Assembly: GCA_041303965.1 (NCBI GenBank)
Contig: JBFYOD010000037.1
Coordinates: 8,693-72,692 of the forward strand
Length of the DNA stretch: 64,000 bases
Origin: Candidatus Aminicenantes bacterium
GTDB lineage: Bacteria; Acidobacteriota; Aminicenantia; Aminicenantales; Saccharicenantaceae
Reading direction: 5' to 3'
The notes under the pieces were generated by a model. The model made no database searches. It had not been told where the DNA came from and was given only the letters and a program-made list of their open reading frames with translations. Made by a program: the position numbers and the translations under genes. Below, piece by piece: positions 9,927 to 18,411 of this stretch (position 1 is the stretch's first letter; every line of letters starts with the position of its first letter).

Positions 9927-11002
9927 CGGCGTCCCTCCGCGAGGAAGGCCTTGAGGTCGGCGAGCTGGGCCTCGAGCTCCGGTGGCATCGCGGCGTAGGT
10001 GTAGGAGAAAAGATCTTCGGGCGTCGCCGCCGGCCTGGACTCGGCCTCGGCGACGGCCTTCTCGACGAACTCCGCCGCGGCGTCCTGGACGGCTTTTTCG
10101 TAGGCTTCGTCCCAGAGGCCTTTCTTCCCGAGATAAAGCCGGAATCGGAGGATCGGGTCCCGCCGCTCCCATTCCTGGACCTCCTCTTTCGACCGGTAGC
10201 GGGCGGCGTCGTCCGAGGTCGTGTGGTCGCCCATCCGATAGGTGTAGGCTTCAATGAGCGTCGGTCCCTGGCCGCTCCGGGCGTTGGCCAGGGCCTCCCG
10301 CGCGGCGGCATAGACGGCCAGGACGTCGTTCCCGTCCACCTGGACGCCAGGGAAACCGTAGCTGACGGCTTTCTGGGCGATGGTCGCGGCGGCTGTCTGC
10401 CGCGCCCGCGGCACGGAGATGGCGAACTGGTTGTTCAGACAGATGAAGACGTTTGGCGTCCGGAAGACTCCGGCGAAGTTCAGGCCTTCGTGGAAATCAC
10501 CCTCGGAGGTCGCTCCGTCGCCGAACGTCGTCACGATGGCGATAGGGAGTTTCCGGTATTTCGCGGCCATCCCCGCCCCTACGGCCTGGGGGATCTGAGA
10601 GCCGACAGGGATGGCGATGGGGTAGATGTTCAGTCCGTCCGGCGTCTTCAGGCCGGCTTCGTTCCCCATCCAGAGATGGAAGTAGTCGGCCAGGGGATAG
10701 CCCAGGGTGATATACATGCCGAGGTCGCGGAAATAGGGGAAGAGCCAATCGTCCCGGCCCATGGCCGAAGCCAGCCCGACCTGGCAGGCCTCGTGACCGC
10801 GGCTCGGCGGATAGGTGCCGAGGCGGCCCTGCCGCTGGAGCTTGAGGGCCTTGGCATCGGCGGCCCGGGTCCGGAGCATGCGTTCGTAGATCGTCCGGAG
10901 TTCGGCGTCGGGAAGACCTGGATCGAGGCCGGGCGCGGCCTGGCCCGACTCGTCGAGGATCCGGAGCCTTTCCCCCTTGAGCGGGTCGAAGGTTTCGATC
11001 AT
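9923..11002 (-). CDS. 2-oxoacid dehydrogenase E1 component alpha subunit (TPP-dependent; branched-chain/pyruvate type)
   Basis: TPP-binding fold features (GDGATSEGDFHE, GMGEAQ-like context); heterotetrameric a/b E1 organisation with the downstream beta subunit. Confidence 0.85.
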   Translation of the reverse strand: MIETFDPLKGERLRILDESGQAAPGLDPGLPDAELRTIYERMLRTRAADAKALKLQRQGRLGTYPPSRGHEACQVGLASAMGRDDWLFPYFRDLGMYITLGYPLADYFHLWMGNEAGLKTPDGLNIYPIAIPVGSQIPQAVGAGMAAKYRKLPIAIVTTFGDGATSEGDFHEGLNFAGVFRTPNVFICLNNQFAISVPRARQTAAATIAQKAVSYGFPGVQVDGNDVLAVYAAAREALANARSGQGPTLIEAYTYRMGDHTTSDDAARYRSKEEVQEWERRDPILRFRLYLGKKGLWDEAYEKAVQDAAAEFVEKAVAEAESRPAATPEDLFSYTYAAMPPELEAQLADLKAFLAEGRR

Positions 11003-11051
11003 CGGTCACCCTCCCCGATGTGCGGCCGGCCGCCGGCCCAGCCGCCTTTTC

Positions 11052-11339
11052 CTAGGATTGCTTCAGTGCCCAGTCCTTGAGCTTGTCGTAGTCCATCTCG
11101 CCGCAGACGGCCTCGCCCGTGTCGGGATTGAGGAAGGTCGGGACCTTGAGCTGACCGCCGCACTTGGCCGCAATGATGGGCCGGTAGGACCTCATGAGGT
11201 CCGCGTTCTTCTCTTCGTGCCAGACTTCGCGCTTGTCGAAGCGGAGGCCGGTCTCCTGTTCGAGCTTCTCGACAAGCGGCATCATCCTCTTGCAGTGGGG
11301 GCATTCCCGCCCGTGGAACATCAGCAGATCCGCCATCAT
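11052..11339 (-). CDS. Thioredoxin-fold protein with CPHC active site
   Basis: About 95 aa, ECPHCKRMMP active-site motif; start at MMADLL forms an ATGA overlap with the upstream FTR-like gene stop. Confidence 0.65.
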   Translation of the reverse strand: MMADLLMFHGRECPHCKRMMPLVEKLEQETGLRFDKREVWHEEKNADLMRSYRPIIAAKCGGQLKVPTFLNPDTGEAVCGEMDYDKLKDWALKQS

Positions 11340-11770
11340 TTCCTCCTGACGAATAGACCGCACCAGCATTCCCCGTCCGGAACGCCCTTGTAGGTCTCAT
11401 GGATGGTGAAGTTGCAGGGGCAAATGAGCCTCAGGTCCTCGTCCCATTCCTTGGTGCGCAGGCGGCAAGGGCAGTACTTGAGGCCGTGGTTGCGCTCGTT
11501 CTCGAATATACCGTTGAGGAGCAAGTCGACCTTTTCTCGGTCGGGATTGACTTGGAACTCCTGGCCGGCCGCGAACCGCTCGATGGCCGCCCGGAACTCG
11601 TCCGCCGTCAGAGAGATGCCGGCGCCGCCGCCGCCGAGGATCTTGCGGGCCTCTTCCGCCGAGATCTCGACGTAAGCGTTGAGGACCTTACAGGTAGGGC
11701 AAAGCTCCGGCGGGGCGACACCATAGTGGATGTCGTTGCAAACGAAGCAACGCCAATAGCGTTTTTTCAT
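11336..11770 (-). CDS. Rubredoxin-fused ferredoxin:thioredoxin-reductase-like (FTR catalytic-subunit-like) protein
   Basis: N-terminal rubredoxin knuckles CFVC...CPTC; C-terminal CPC-x14-CPC-x15-CWC matching the FtrC CPC..CPC..CHC cluster/disulfide motif with Trp replacing His. Confidence 0.65.
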   Translation of the reverse strand: MKKRYWRCFVCNDIHYGVAPPELCPTCKVLNAYVEISAEEARKILGGGGAGISLTADEFRAAIERFAAGQEFQVNPDREKVDLLLNGIFENERNHGLKYCPCRLRTKEWDEDLRLICPCNFTIHETYKGVPDGECWCGLFVRRK

Positions 11771-11828
11771 CGGGGTTCTCCGCCCATTATTCTCGACTAT
11801 ATTACTAGGAAATCATAAGGGGGTCAAA

Positions 11829-12722
11829 TCAGAAATTGATGACGATCGAGGTCGTCATCACCGTGTCGAGATTCTTCAGGGGGACCTGGACGAAGAGGCC
11901 GGTCGGCAGCCCTTCGAGATCGAAGAGGGCCAGGCTCTGGAGAGCGGGGACATGGGTGTAGAGCAAGCGCAGGCTTATCTTGAGGGCCAGGGACTTCGAT
12001 ATGGAGGCCGACACCGAATTCGTCCAATCGAAACGCCAGTCATCCATCCGCTTCAGGTTGTCGTCGAAGACGAACTGCGTCGAGACGGAGGAGCTATCCA
12101 GGATCTTCTGGTCGGCGAGGAAGCTGAACCGGAGACCTGCGAACGAGGCCATGTCCTGGCCCACGTATTGCCTCAACGTGTAGGTCACGCCGCCGGCGGT
12201 CTTGACCTGGGTCCGTGCCTTTTCGACCCAGGCGTAGCCGAAGCCGGCGGTGAACATGACCCGGTCGTCGACGCCGGCGAAGCGGTTGCGGTCCCAGCTC
12301 AAACCGACTTGGCCGGAGAGCTTCTTGGAGATCCGGCGGTCGTACTGACCGGCCAGCAGGTAGTTCTCGGCGACGAGGCGATGGAATTTCTCTTCGATGA
12401 TCTCGAAATCGGTCTCCGTCCCTTGGGCGGTCCGGGTCGTCATCGTGGAATTGCTCCTCAGGATGTAGGACTTGAACAGGAGGGAGTCGTTCGCCCATTT
12501 CCGGGTGAACGACGTGCCGAGGCTGAAGGCCGAAGTCGCCGTGTTGCCTCCGGTGACCACGAAGCTGAGCTCGGCCGTGGCTTTCCACGGGCCGAGAAGG
12601 CCCAGCTTCTTCTCCTCGCCGCGGACGAGGACGGGCCGGATGGCGAGGACTGCCAGTAGGCCGAGCGTTGCGGCCGCCGCTTTCAATTGGCGATTCCCTG
12701 TTCTTCTCACATCCATGTGCAT
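11829..12722 (-). CDS. Outer-membrane beta-barrel protein (DUF481/YdiY-like)
   Basis: Signal-peptide-like N-terminus, alternating amphipathic strands, C-terminal ...VINF aromatic terminus. Confidence 0.5.
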   Translation of the reverse strand: MHMDVRRTGNRQLKAAAATLGLLAVLAIRPVLVRGEEKKLGLLGPWKATAELSFVVTGGNTATSAFSLGTSFTRKWANDSLLFKSYILRSNSTMTTRTAQGTETDFEIIEEKFHRLVAENYLLAGQYDRRISKKLSGQVGLSWDRNRFAGVDDRVMFTAGFGYAWVEKARTQVKTAGGVTYTLRQYVGQDMASFAGLRFSFLADQKILDSSSVSTQFVFDDNLKRMDDWRFDWTNSVSASISKSLALKISLRLLYTHVPALQSLALFDLEGLPTGLFVQVPLKNLDTVMTTSIVINF

Positions 12723-12810
12723 CTCTCCCTATCGGCGGGTCTTCATGAGCTTCATAAAATACCTGTTGGCCGGAGGGCTGTCAACAAGAAGAGATCATTC
12801 AATAAGCGGG

Positions 12811-13667
12811 CTATTTCGCCATGGCGTCGTAAAAGAGGGCGGCGGCGCCGAGGATGGCGACGTTCTCGGTTTCGGAGACCTCGATCATCAACCGCTCCCT
12901 GGCGAGGGAATACGCGAAGGTCCGGAAGGTCTTCCAAAGGCTGTCCCGGAAGAAGCGGAAAGACCTGCTGACCGACCCGCCCAGGACGACGATCTCCGGA
13001 TCGACGGCGTAGCTGATGGCCTTGACGGCCTCCCCGGCATGGACACCGAACTCGGCGAAGATCGCGAGGGCGCGCTCGTCGCCCCGCTCCGCCCGCCCCG
13101 AGAGCTCCCGGCCGGAGACGCCGTGGACGCGCTCGAAGAACTGGCCGCTGGCGTAGGCCTCGAAATTCCGGTCGAGATAGGGGATCATGCCGAACTCGCC
13201 CGCGCCGCAGTTCCGCCCGGAGTAGAGCCTGCCGTTGGCGATGACCCCGGCCCCGAGCCCCGTCCCGATGATGAGGCCGACGGCGTGATCGCAGGGCTTG
13301 GCCTTGCCGAAATATTTCTCCCCGGCGGCGAAACAGTTGGCGTCGTTGTTGACGTAGGCCGGAACGTGATAGCGCTCCTCGAGATGAGCCCTGAGCGGGA
13401 CCTTTTGCCAGGAGCGGATGTTCTGGACGTCGTAAACGACCCCGGCCTCGAGGTCGATGACCGAGGGAACCCCGGCGCCGATCCCGGCCACGCCCTTCCG
13501 CATGACCGCGTCGATGGCGCAGAACATGTCCTCGAGGACGTCCCGCTCCGAGCCCCGGTTCCTGACGGGGACGGACCGGGCTTCGGCGAGCCGGCCCCCC
13601 TCGACGAGGCCGGCCCGGACGTTCGTCCCGCCGAGGTCGACGCCGATGACGGCCGTATCGCTCACTC
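12811..13667 (-). CDS. ROK-family sugar kinase (glucokinase-like)
   Basis: N-terminal IGVDLGGTNVRAGL ATPase motif, ROK cysteine-rich region; start trimmed to GTG 13665-13667 preceded by GGAGG, abutting the MFS stop. Confidence 0.75.
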
Positions 13668-14963
13668 CGCCTCCTCTTTCTTCTTCTTGGCGATCGTCTT
13701 GTTGGCGATGAGCGGCCGGGCCCAGAGTCCGATGCTCAGGATGTAGCCGAGGGTGAGATAGAGGAAGAACATGCCCTGGCGGAGGCCGAACGCGTCCCCG
13801 AGAGCACCGATGACCGGGGGTACGAGCGCCCCGCCGATGATGCCCGTGCACAGGATGCCGGAAAAGGAGCCGTGATGGCTGTCGACGGAGTTCAGGGCGA
13901 GCGAGAAGATGATCGGCCACATGACCGAGGCGGCGAAGCCCATGAGCGGGAACATGACCAGGGCCAGCGGTCCGGGCCCGAACAGGGCCAGGGTCAGGAA
14001 GACGATCGCGGTCCCGGAGAAGCTCACGAGGACCTTGCGGCTGTCGGCGAACTTGAGCAGGAAGAGGCCGTGGATGCCGCCGACCGTCATCAGCAGCCAG
14101 AATTGGGCGACCCGTCCGGCGCCGACCGTCTGGGGATCGTAGCCGTGGGTGATCTTGAGAAAATTGGAGATCCAGAAAGAGACGCCCTGCTCGGTCCCGA
14201 CGTAGGCGAAGATGCCGAGGAAATAGAGGAGGACGAGTTTGTTCTTGAAGAGCGTCTTGTGGCTCGCCCAGGCGCCCGCCCGTTCCTCCTCCTTCTTGAT
14301 GACAGGAGGGAATCTGACGACGGTCATCACCACGACCATGGCGAGGAGGATGACGGCGAAGATCCAGTAGACGGAGACCCAGGGAAGGTCGGCCGGGACG
14401 AGCTTCGACATCAGCCCGATGAGGGGCTTGCTCTCACCGCCGGCCTGCCCGATGTTACGGACGAAATAGGAATAGATGAACGGGCTGAGGAAGGAGGCCC
14501 CGCCGAAGATGAGCTGGGCCATGACCGAATGGAAGGCAAAGTGCTCTTCTCCGCCTGAGACCCGGAGGAGGGGATTGATGGCCACCTGGAGGGCAGCCAT
14601 GCCGGCCCCGATCAAGAACAGCGAAAGCAGGAAGACCGGGTAGCTGGGAAAAAGAGAGATCAGCATGGCCCCCGCCACGGCCAGCGAGAAAGCGGCGATC
14701 ATGACCGGCTTCTCCCGGAATCTCGCGAGGACCATGCCGGCCGGGATGGACATGACGCCGTAGGCGATGAAGAAGGCGAAAGCCAGAAAGCTGACCATGG
14801 TCAGGTTGAGGCCGAAGCTCTGCCCGACGTCGGGATTGATGGCGCTGATGACATTGGTCACCAGCGAGATGACGAAGAAGGTCAGGAAAATGAGGGCGAC
14901 CATCCCATAATGACGGGTCGGGGCGGCCTTGGAAGACGAGGGGCCGGACGCGTTGTCATTCAT
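13662..14963 (-). CDS. MFS transporter (FucP / glucose-galactose permease type)
   Basis: 12 predicted TM segments, MFS loop motifs; the 670-aa ORF call was trimmed to MNDNASGP (433 aa) because the upstream extension is Arg/Gly/Pro-rich with no TM character. Confidence 0.75.
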   Translation of the reverse strand: MNDNASGPSSSKAAPTRHYGMVALIFLTFFVISLVTNVISAINPDVGQSFGLNLTMVSFLAFAFFIAYGVMSIPAGMVLARFREKPVMIAAFSLAVAGAMLISLFPSYPVFLLSLFLIGAGMAALQVAINPLLRVSGGEEHFAFHSVMAQLIFGGASFLSPFIYSYFVRNIGQAGGESKPLIGLMSKLVPADLPWVSVYWIFAVILLAMVVVMTVVRFPPVIKKEEERAGAWASHKTLFKNKLVLLYFLGIFAYVGTEQGVSFWISNFLKITHGYDPQTVGAGRVAQFWLLMTVGGIHGLFLLKFADSRKVLVSFSGTAIVFLTLALFGPGPLALVMFPLMGFAASVMWPIIFSLALNSVDSHHGSFSGILCTGIIGGALVPPVIGALGDAFGLRQGMFFLYLTLGYILSIGLWARPLIANKTIAKKKKEEAE

Positions 14964-15061
14964 GGCAGGCGCCGCCTTTCGGAAACATTTGTACAACAAT
15001 TCGTGGCGAAAAAAAAGGGCCGTCCGTTCGGACGGCCCGGAAAGACGATGGTCAGCTTGGC

Positions 15062-17725
15062 TTACCGGCCCTTCTTGTCCCCCGTTTGCTCCTTCTCGCG
15101 CTGGAGCTCGAGGAGGTCGACGGTCTGCGAAAAATCGCCCAGCAGCCACTTGGAGAAATAGTCGGCCCGGATCCAGAACCAGTAGTCGCTCATGTCGCCG
15201 TAGCCGTGGCGCTGGCCGGGGAAGACGAAGAAGTCGAAGCGCTTGCCGGCCTTGATCAAGGCCGCGGCCAGGCGCAGGGTGTTGGCCGGGTGGACGTTGT
15301 TGTCGATGTCGCCGGTCGTGATGAGGAGGCGTCCCTTGAGGTTCTTGGCGATCTCGGAGTTCTTCTCGATGCTGTACTCGAACTTGACGTTGCCGTCCTT
15401 GTCCACGACCTCCTTGACGCCGTGGTGCTGCTCGCTCCACCAGCGGTTGTAGACGTTGTTCTCGTGGTTGCCGGAGGAGGAGACGGCGACCTTGAAGAAG
15501 TCGGGGTAGACGAGCATGGCCGCCGTGGACATGAAGCCGCCGCCCGAGTGGCCGTAGATCCCGACCTTGTCGATGTCGACGAAGGGATGAAGGGTGGCCA
15601 GCTGCTCGATGGCCCGTTTCTTGTCGGCCAGGCCGTAGTCGCGGAGGTTGCCGTAGCCGTAGTTGTGGTACCACTTGGACCGCGACGGGTGGCCGCCGCG
15701 GTTGCCGACCTCGATGACGACGAAGCCGAGCTGGGCCAGGGCCATACTCGAACTGCGCGGCACGAACGTCTTGGAGACGCTTTCCGTCTGCGGCCCGGGA
15801 TAGACGTAGGCGATGATCGGGTACTTCCCGTTCGGGTCGAAGTCGAACGGCTTGTACATGACGCCGTAGATGTCGGTGATGCCGTCGTCGGCCTTGACCT
15901 TGAACGACTCGGGGAACTTGAAGCCGGCCGCGAGGAGGGCCGAGACGTCGGTCGTCTCGAGCTCGAGGAGGAGGTTGCCGGCCGCGTCGCGGAGCTCGGA
16001 CTTCGGCGCCTGGTCGACGCGGGAGTAGTTGTCCACGAAAAAGCGGGCCGGGTCGTTCATGGCGGCGCCGTGCGAGGCGTCGCCCTTGTCCAGCTGTTTC
16101 AGGCCCGAACCGTCCAGGTTGACCCGATAGAGGTGGGTGAAGTAGGGGTCCTCGCCGGGCTCGCGGCCGCAGGCCGTGAAGGTGAGGACGCGGGCTTTCT
16201 CGTCGACCTGCGTGATCCCCTGGCCGGCGAATTCGCCGGAGGTGATCTGCGTCTTGAGCTTGCCCGTTTCGTCATAAAGGTAGTAGTGGCCCCAGCCGTC
16301 GCGCTCGGACCACCAGACCATCTCTTTTCCGCCGTTGAGGAGACGCAGAGCCTGGGTCTCGACGTAGGTGTTGAGCCGTTCCTCGATGAGGACCTTGACG
16401 TCTCCGGTGGCCGTGTCGGCGAGGCAGACCTCGTAGCCGTGCTGGTCGCGCGTCTGGCGGCCGAAGTAGAGCTTGTCCGTCGTGTCCGAAAGCCACTGGG
16501 CCGGCGGCGGATTGTCCCGCTCCCGATCGAGAGCCGTGCGCGGGGTCGCGAAGATCCTGAGCGTCGGGTCTTTGAACTTTTCCGCCTTGATCTTGACCTT
16601 GCCTTTCGTGGCCAGGTCGAAGACGAGGATCTCGGGCTGGGGCTGGTTCTCCTCGCCGGGCATTCCGTAGCGGTAGGTCTCGAGCGTCGGCCGCGGGTTG
16701 GCCAGGGAGTTGATGACCCAGAGGTCGGTGACCTTGCGCTCGTCTTCGCGGACGAGGGCGATCTTCTTCGAGTCCTTTGACCAGACGATGCCGTCGGCCG
16801 GCGCCCGGAAGTCCTTGCGGTCCTTCTCGTCCTTCTGGTACTCCTTCTTGTCCTCGTCGTTGAGCGAGCGGGCGTAACTGTAGTGCTCTTCGCCGTCCGT
16901 CGTCAGCTGTTCTTCCTTGACGGCCTTGTCGTCGGCCTTTTTCTTGGCCAGCTCGAAGCTCGCGGCGTCCATCATGAACAGGTTGTGGCCGCGGGCGAAG
17001 ATGATCGTCTTTTCGTCGGGCGACACCGAGGCCCACCGGGGCCGCTTCAACGGCTCTTTGTAGTCCTCGAGGAGGGTCAGTTTGCCGCTGGCGAGCTCGT
17101 AGGTGAAGGCCAGGAGCTTGGTCTTCTTTTCCGGCTCCTTGGGCTTTTCGGCCTCCTTCTCCTTGTTCTTCTCGGTGTCCTGCAGCTTCTCCTTCTCTTT
17201 CTCCTTGTCCTGGTCCTCGACCTTGACCTCCTCCTTGGCGATCTCGGACGCCTTGACGATCTTGCCGTTGGGGAGGGAGATGTCGTTGTCCTTGGGGACC
17301 TCGATCTCGAACTGGATGGCCGTGTCCTTTTTGATGAACTTGATCGTCTTGATCGGCAGGTGCTGGGCGTCGTAGGGGACGAGCAGGATACGGGTCAGCC
17401 CAGCTGCCATCTTGGCGTTGTCGAAGAGAGGCTTCTTGGCCCTGGCGATGGGATCGACGATGTACCACTTCCGCCCCTGGCCCGTTTCATAGGTGTACCA
17501 GAAGCGGTCGCCAGTCTCCAGCCAATGGGGCGAGACGGACGTGTCGAAGACGAGCTTGCCGACCTTGGCCGGCTGCCAACGGGAGGCCAGGTCGTAGTTG
17601 GCCTTGCCGGCGGTCTTCGTCTCGGGGCCGGCGGCAAGAGCCGGGCTAGCGGCCAGATAAGCGAAAAGGAAAATTGCGGCGGCCGCGATTCCGGCGGCCC
17701 GGCGGGCGGTGATGCGGATTGACAT
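15062..17725 (-). CDS. Secreted S9-family serine peptidase (dipeptidyl-peptidase IV-like: beta-propeller + alpha/beta hydrolase)
   Basis: Signal peptide after the MSIRITARR start; GHSGGG nucleophile elbow (GxSxGG), catalytic Asp/His region DIDNNVHP...GQRHGY; KE-rich low-complexity insertion near residue 165-203. Confidence 0.8.
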   Translation of the reverse strand: MSIRITARRAAGIAAAAIFLFAYLAASPALAAGPETKTAGKANYDLASRWQPAKVGKLVFDTSVSPHWLETGDRFWYTYETGQGRKWYIVDPIARAKKPLFDNAKMAAGLTRILLVPYDAQHLPIKTIKFIKKDTAIQFEIEVPKDNDISLPNGKIVKASEIAKEEVKVEDQDKEKEKEKLQDTEKNKEKEAEKPKEPEKKTKLLAFTYELASGKLTLLEDYKEPLKRPRWASVSPDEKTIIFARGHNLFMMDAASFELAKKKADDKAVKEEQLTTDGEEHYSYARSLNDEDKKEYQKDEKDRKDFRAPADGIVWSKDSKKIALVREDERKVTDLWVINSLANPRPTLETYRYGMPGEENQPQPEILVFDLATKGKVKIKAEKFKDPTLRIFATPRTALDRERDNPPPAQWLSDTTDKLYFGRQTRDQHGYEVCLADTATGDVKVLIEERLNTYVETQALRLLNGGKEMVWWSERDGWGHYYLYDETGKLKTQITSGEFAGQGITQVDEKARVLTFTACGREPGEDPYFTHLYRVNLDGSGLKQLDKGDASHGAAMNDPARFFVDNYSRVDQAPKSELRDAAGNLLLELETTDVSALLAAGFKFPESFKVKADDGITDIYGVMYKPFDFDPNGKYPIIAYVYPGPQTESVSKTFVPRSSSMALAQLGFVVIEVGNRGGHPSRSKWYHNYGYGNLRDYGLADKKRAIEQLATLHPFVDIDKVGIYGHSGGGFMSTAAMLVYPDFFKVAVSSSGNHENNVYNRWWSEQHHGVKEVVDKDGNVKFEYSIEKNSEIAKNLKGRLLITTGDIDNNVHPANTLRLAAALIKAGKRFDFFVFPGQRHGYGDMSDYWFWIRADYFSKWLLGDFSQTVDLLELQREKEQTGDKKGR

Positions 17726-17813
17726 GGGGGAGTCCTCCTTGAAGGCTTTTTGAAAGTTGGTGTCGCGGGCGAAAAGGGCCATGATCAAGAGGGCGATTAT
17801 AGCACTGGCGGGG

Positions 17814-18410
17814 TCAAAATAGCACCAGGGAAAATTCCCGGAGCCGGGCCCGGCGGCCGCGGATGTCCGGCACGTGCCTCTCGAGCTCGGCCCAAAAGGC
17901 CCGGCCGTGGCCCCTGACGCGGGTATGGACGAGCTCGTGCAGGATGACGTAGTCGGAAAGCTCTCGCGGCAGGACGGCCAGGTAAGCGTTGAGCTGGATG
18001 CGGCCCGAGGGCGAGGCACTGCCCCAGAGCGTGCCTTGGCTCCGGACGCTCAACCGTCCGGGAGCGAAGCCGTGCTCTTCAGCCAGCGCGGCCAGGCGCC
18101 CGTCGAGGAAAGCGCGGGCCGTCCGGCGGTCGAGGCGTTCGGCCGCTAGGACGGCTTCGTCGCATCGGTCCCTGGCGCGCTCGATCCGGCCGAGCGTTCG
18201 CTTGATCCAACCGAGCTTGGAGACGGCGACCCGCCGGGCCTCTTCGAACGAGATCCGCGCCGGGACGGCGACCCGCACGCCGCGCGAGGCCCGGACCGTC
18301 AGGCTTATGCGGCGGGCCCGGCGGCTCTTCTCGAAAAGGACGGGCCCGATGCCGTCGATCTCGATGATCCTCGCCGGACCGGCGGCCGCCGCGCCGTCCG
18401 GCCGGGTCAT
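17814..18410 (-). CDS. YgjP/DUF45-family zinc metallohydrolase (M48-like, WLM-type)
   Basis: C-terminal signature WGSASPSGRIQLNAYLAVLPRELSDYVILHELVHTRVRGHGRAFW (HExxH...H); start trimmed to MTRPDG. Confidence 0.6.
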   Translation of the reverse strand: MTRPDGAAAAGPARIIEIDGIGPVLFEKSRRARRISLTVRASRGVRVAVPARISFEEARRVAVSKLGWIKRTLGRIERARDRCDEAVLAAERLDRRTARAFLDGRLAALAEEHGFAPGRLSVRSQGTLWGSASPSGRIQLNAYLAVLPRELSDYVILHELVHTRVRGHGRAFWAELERHVPDIRGRRARLREFSLVLF

Positions 18411-18411
18411 C

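Noticed and set aside
17100-17300. Short tandem GAG/AAG/CTC repeats that at first looked like a CRISPR-like or microsatellite array
   Set aside because: In frame within the S9 peptidase and translating to the KE-rich linker; no spacer/repeat periodicity.
13662-18019. Long 5' extensions of the MFS transporter (670 aa) and S9 peptidase (985 aa) ORF calls
   Set aside because: Extensions are Arg/Pro/Gly-rich, lack TM or signal character, and overlap neighbouring genes. Internal ATGs with RBS or signal peptides give family-typical lengths (433 and 887 aa).
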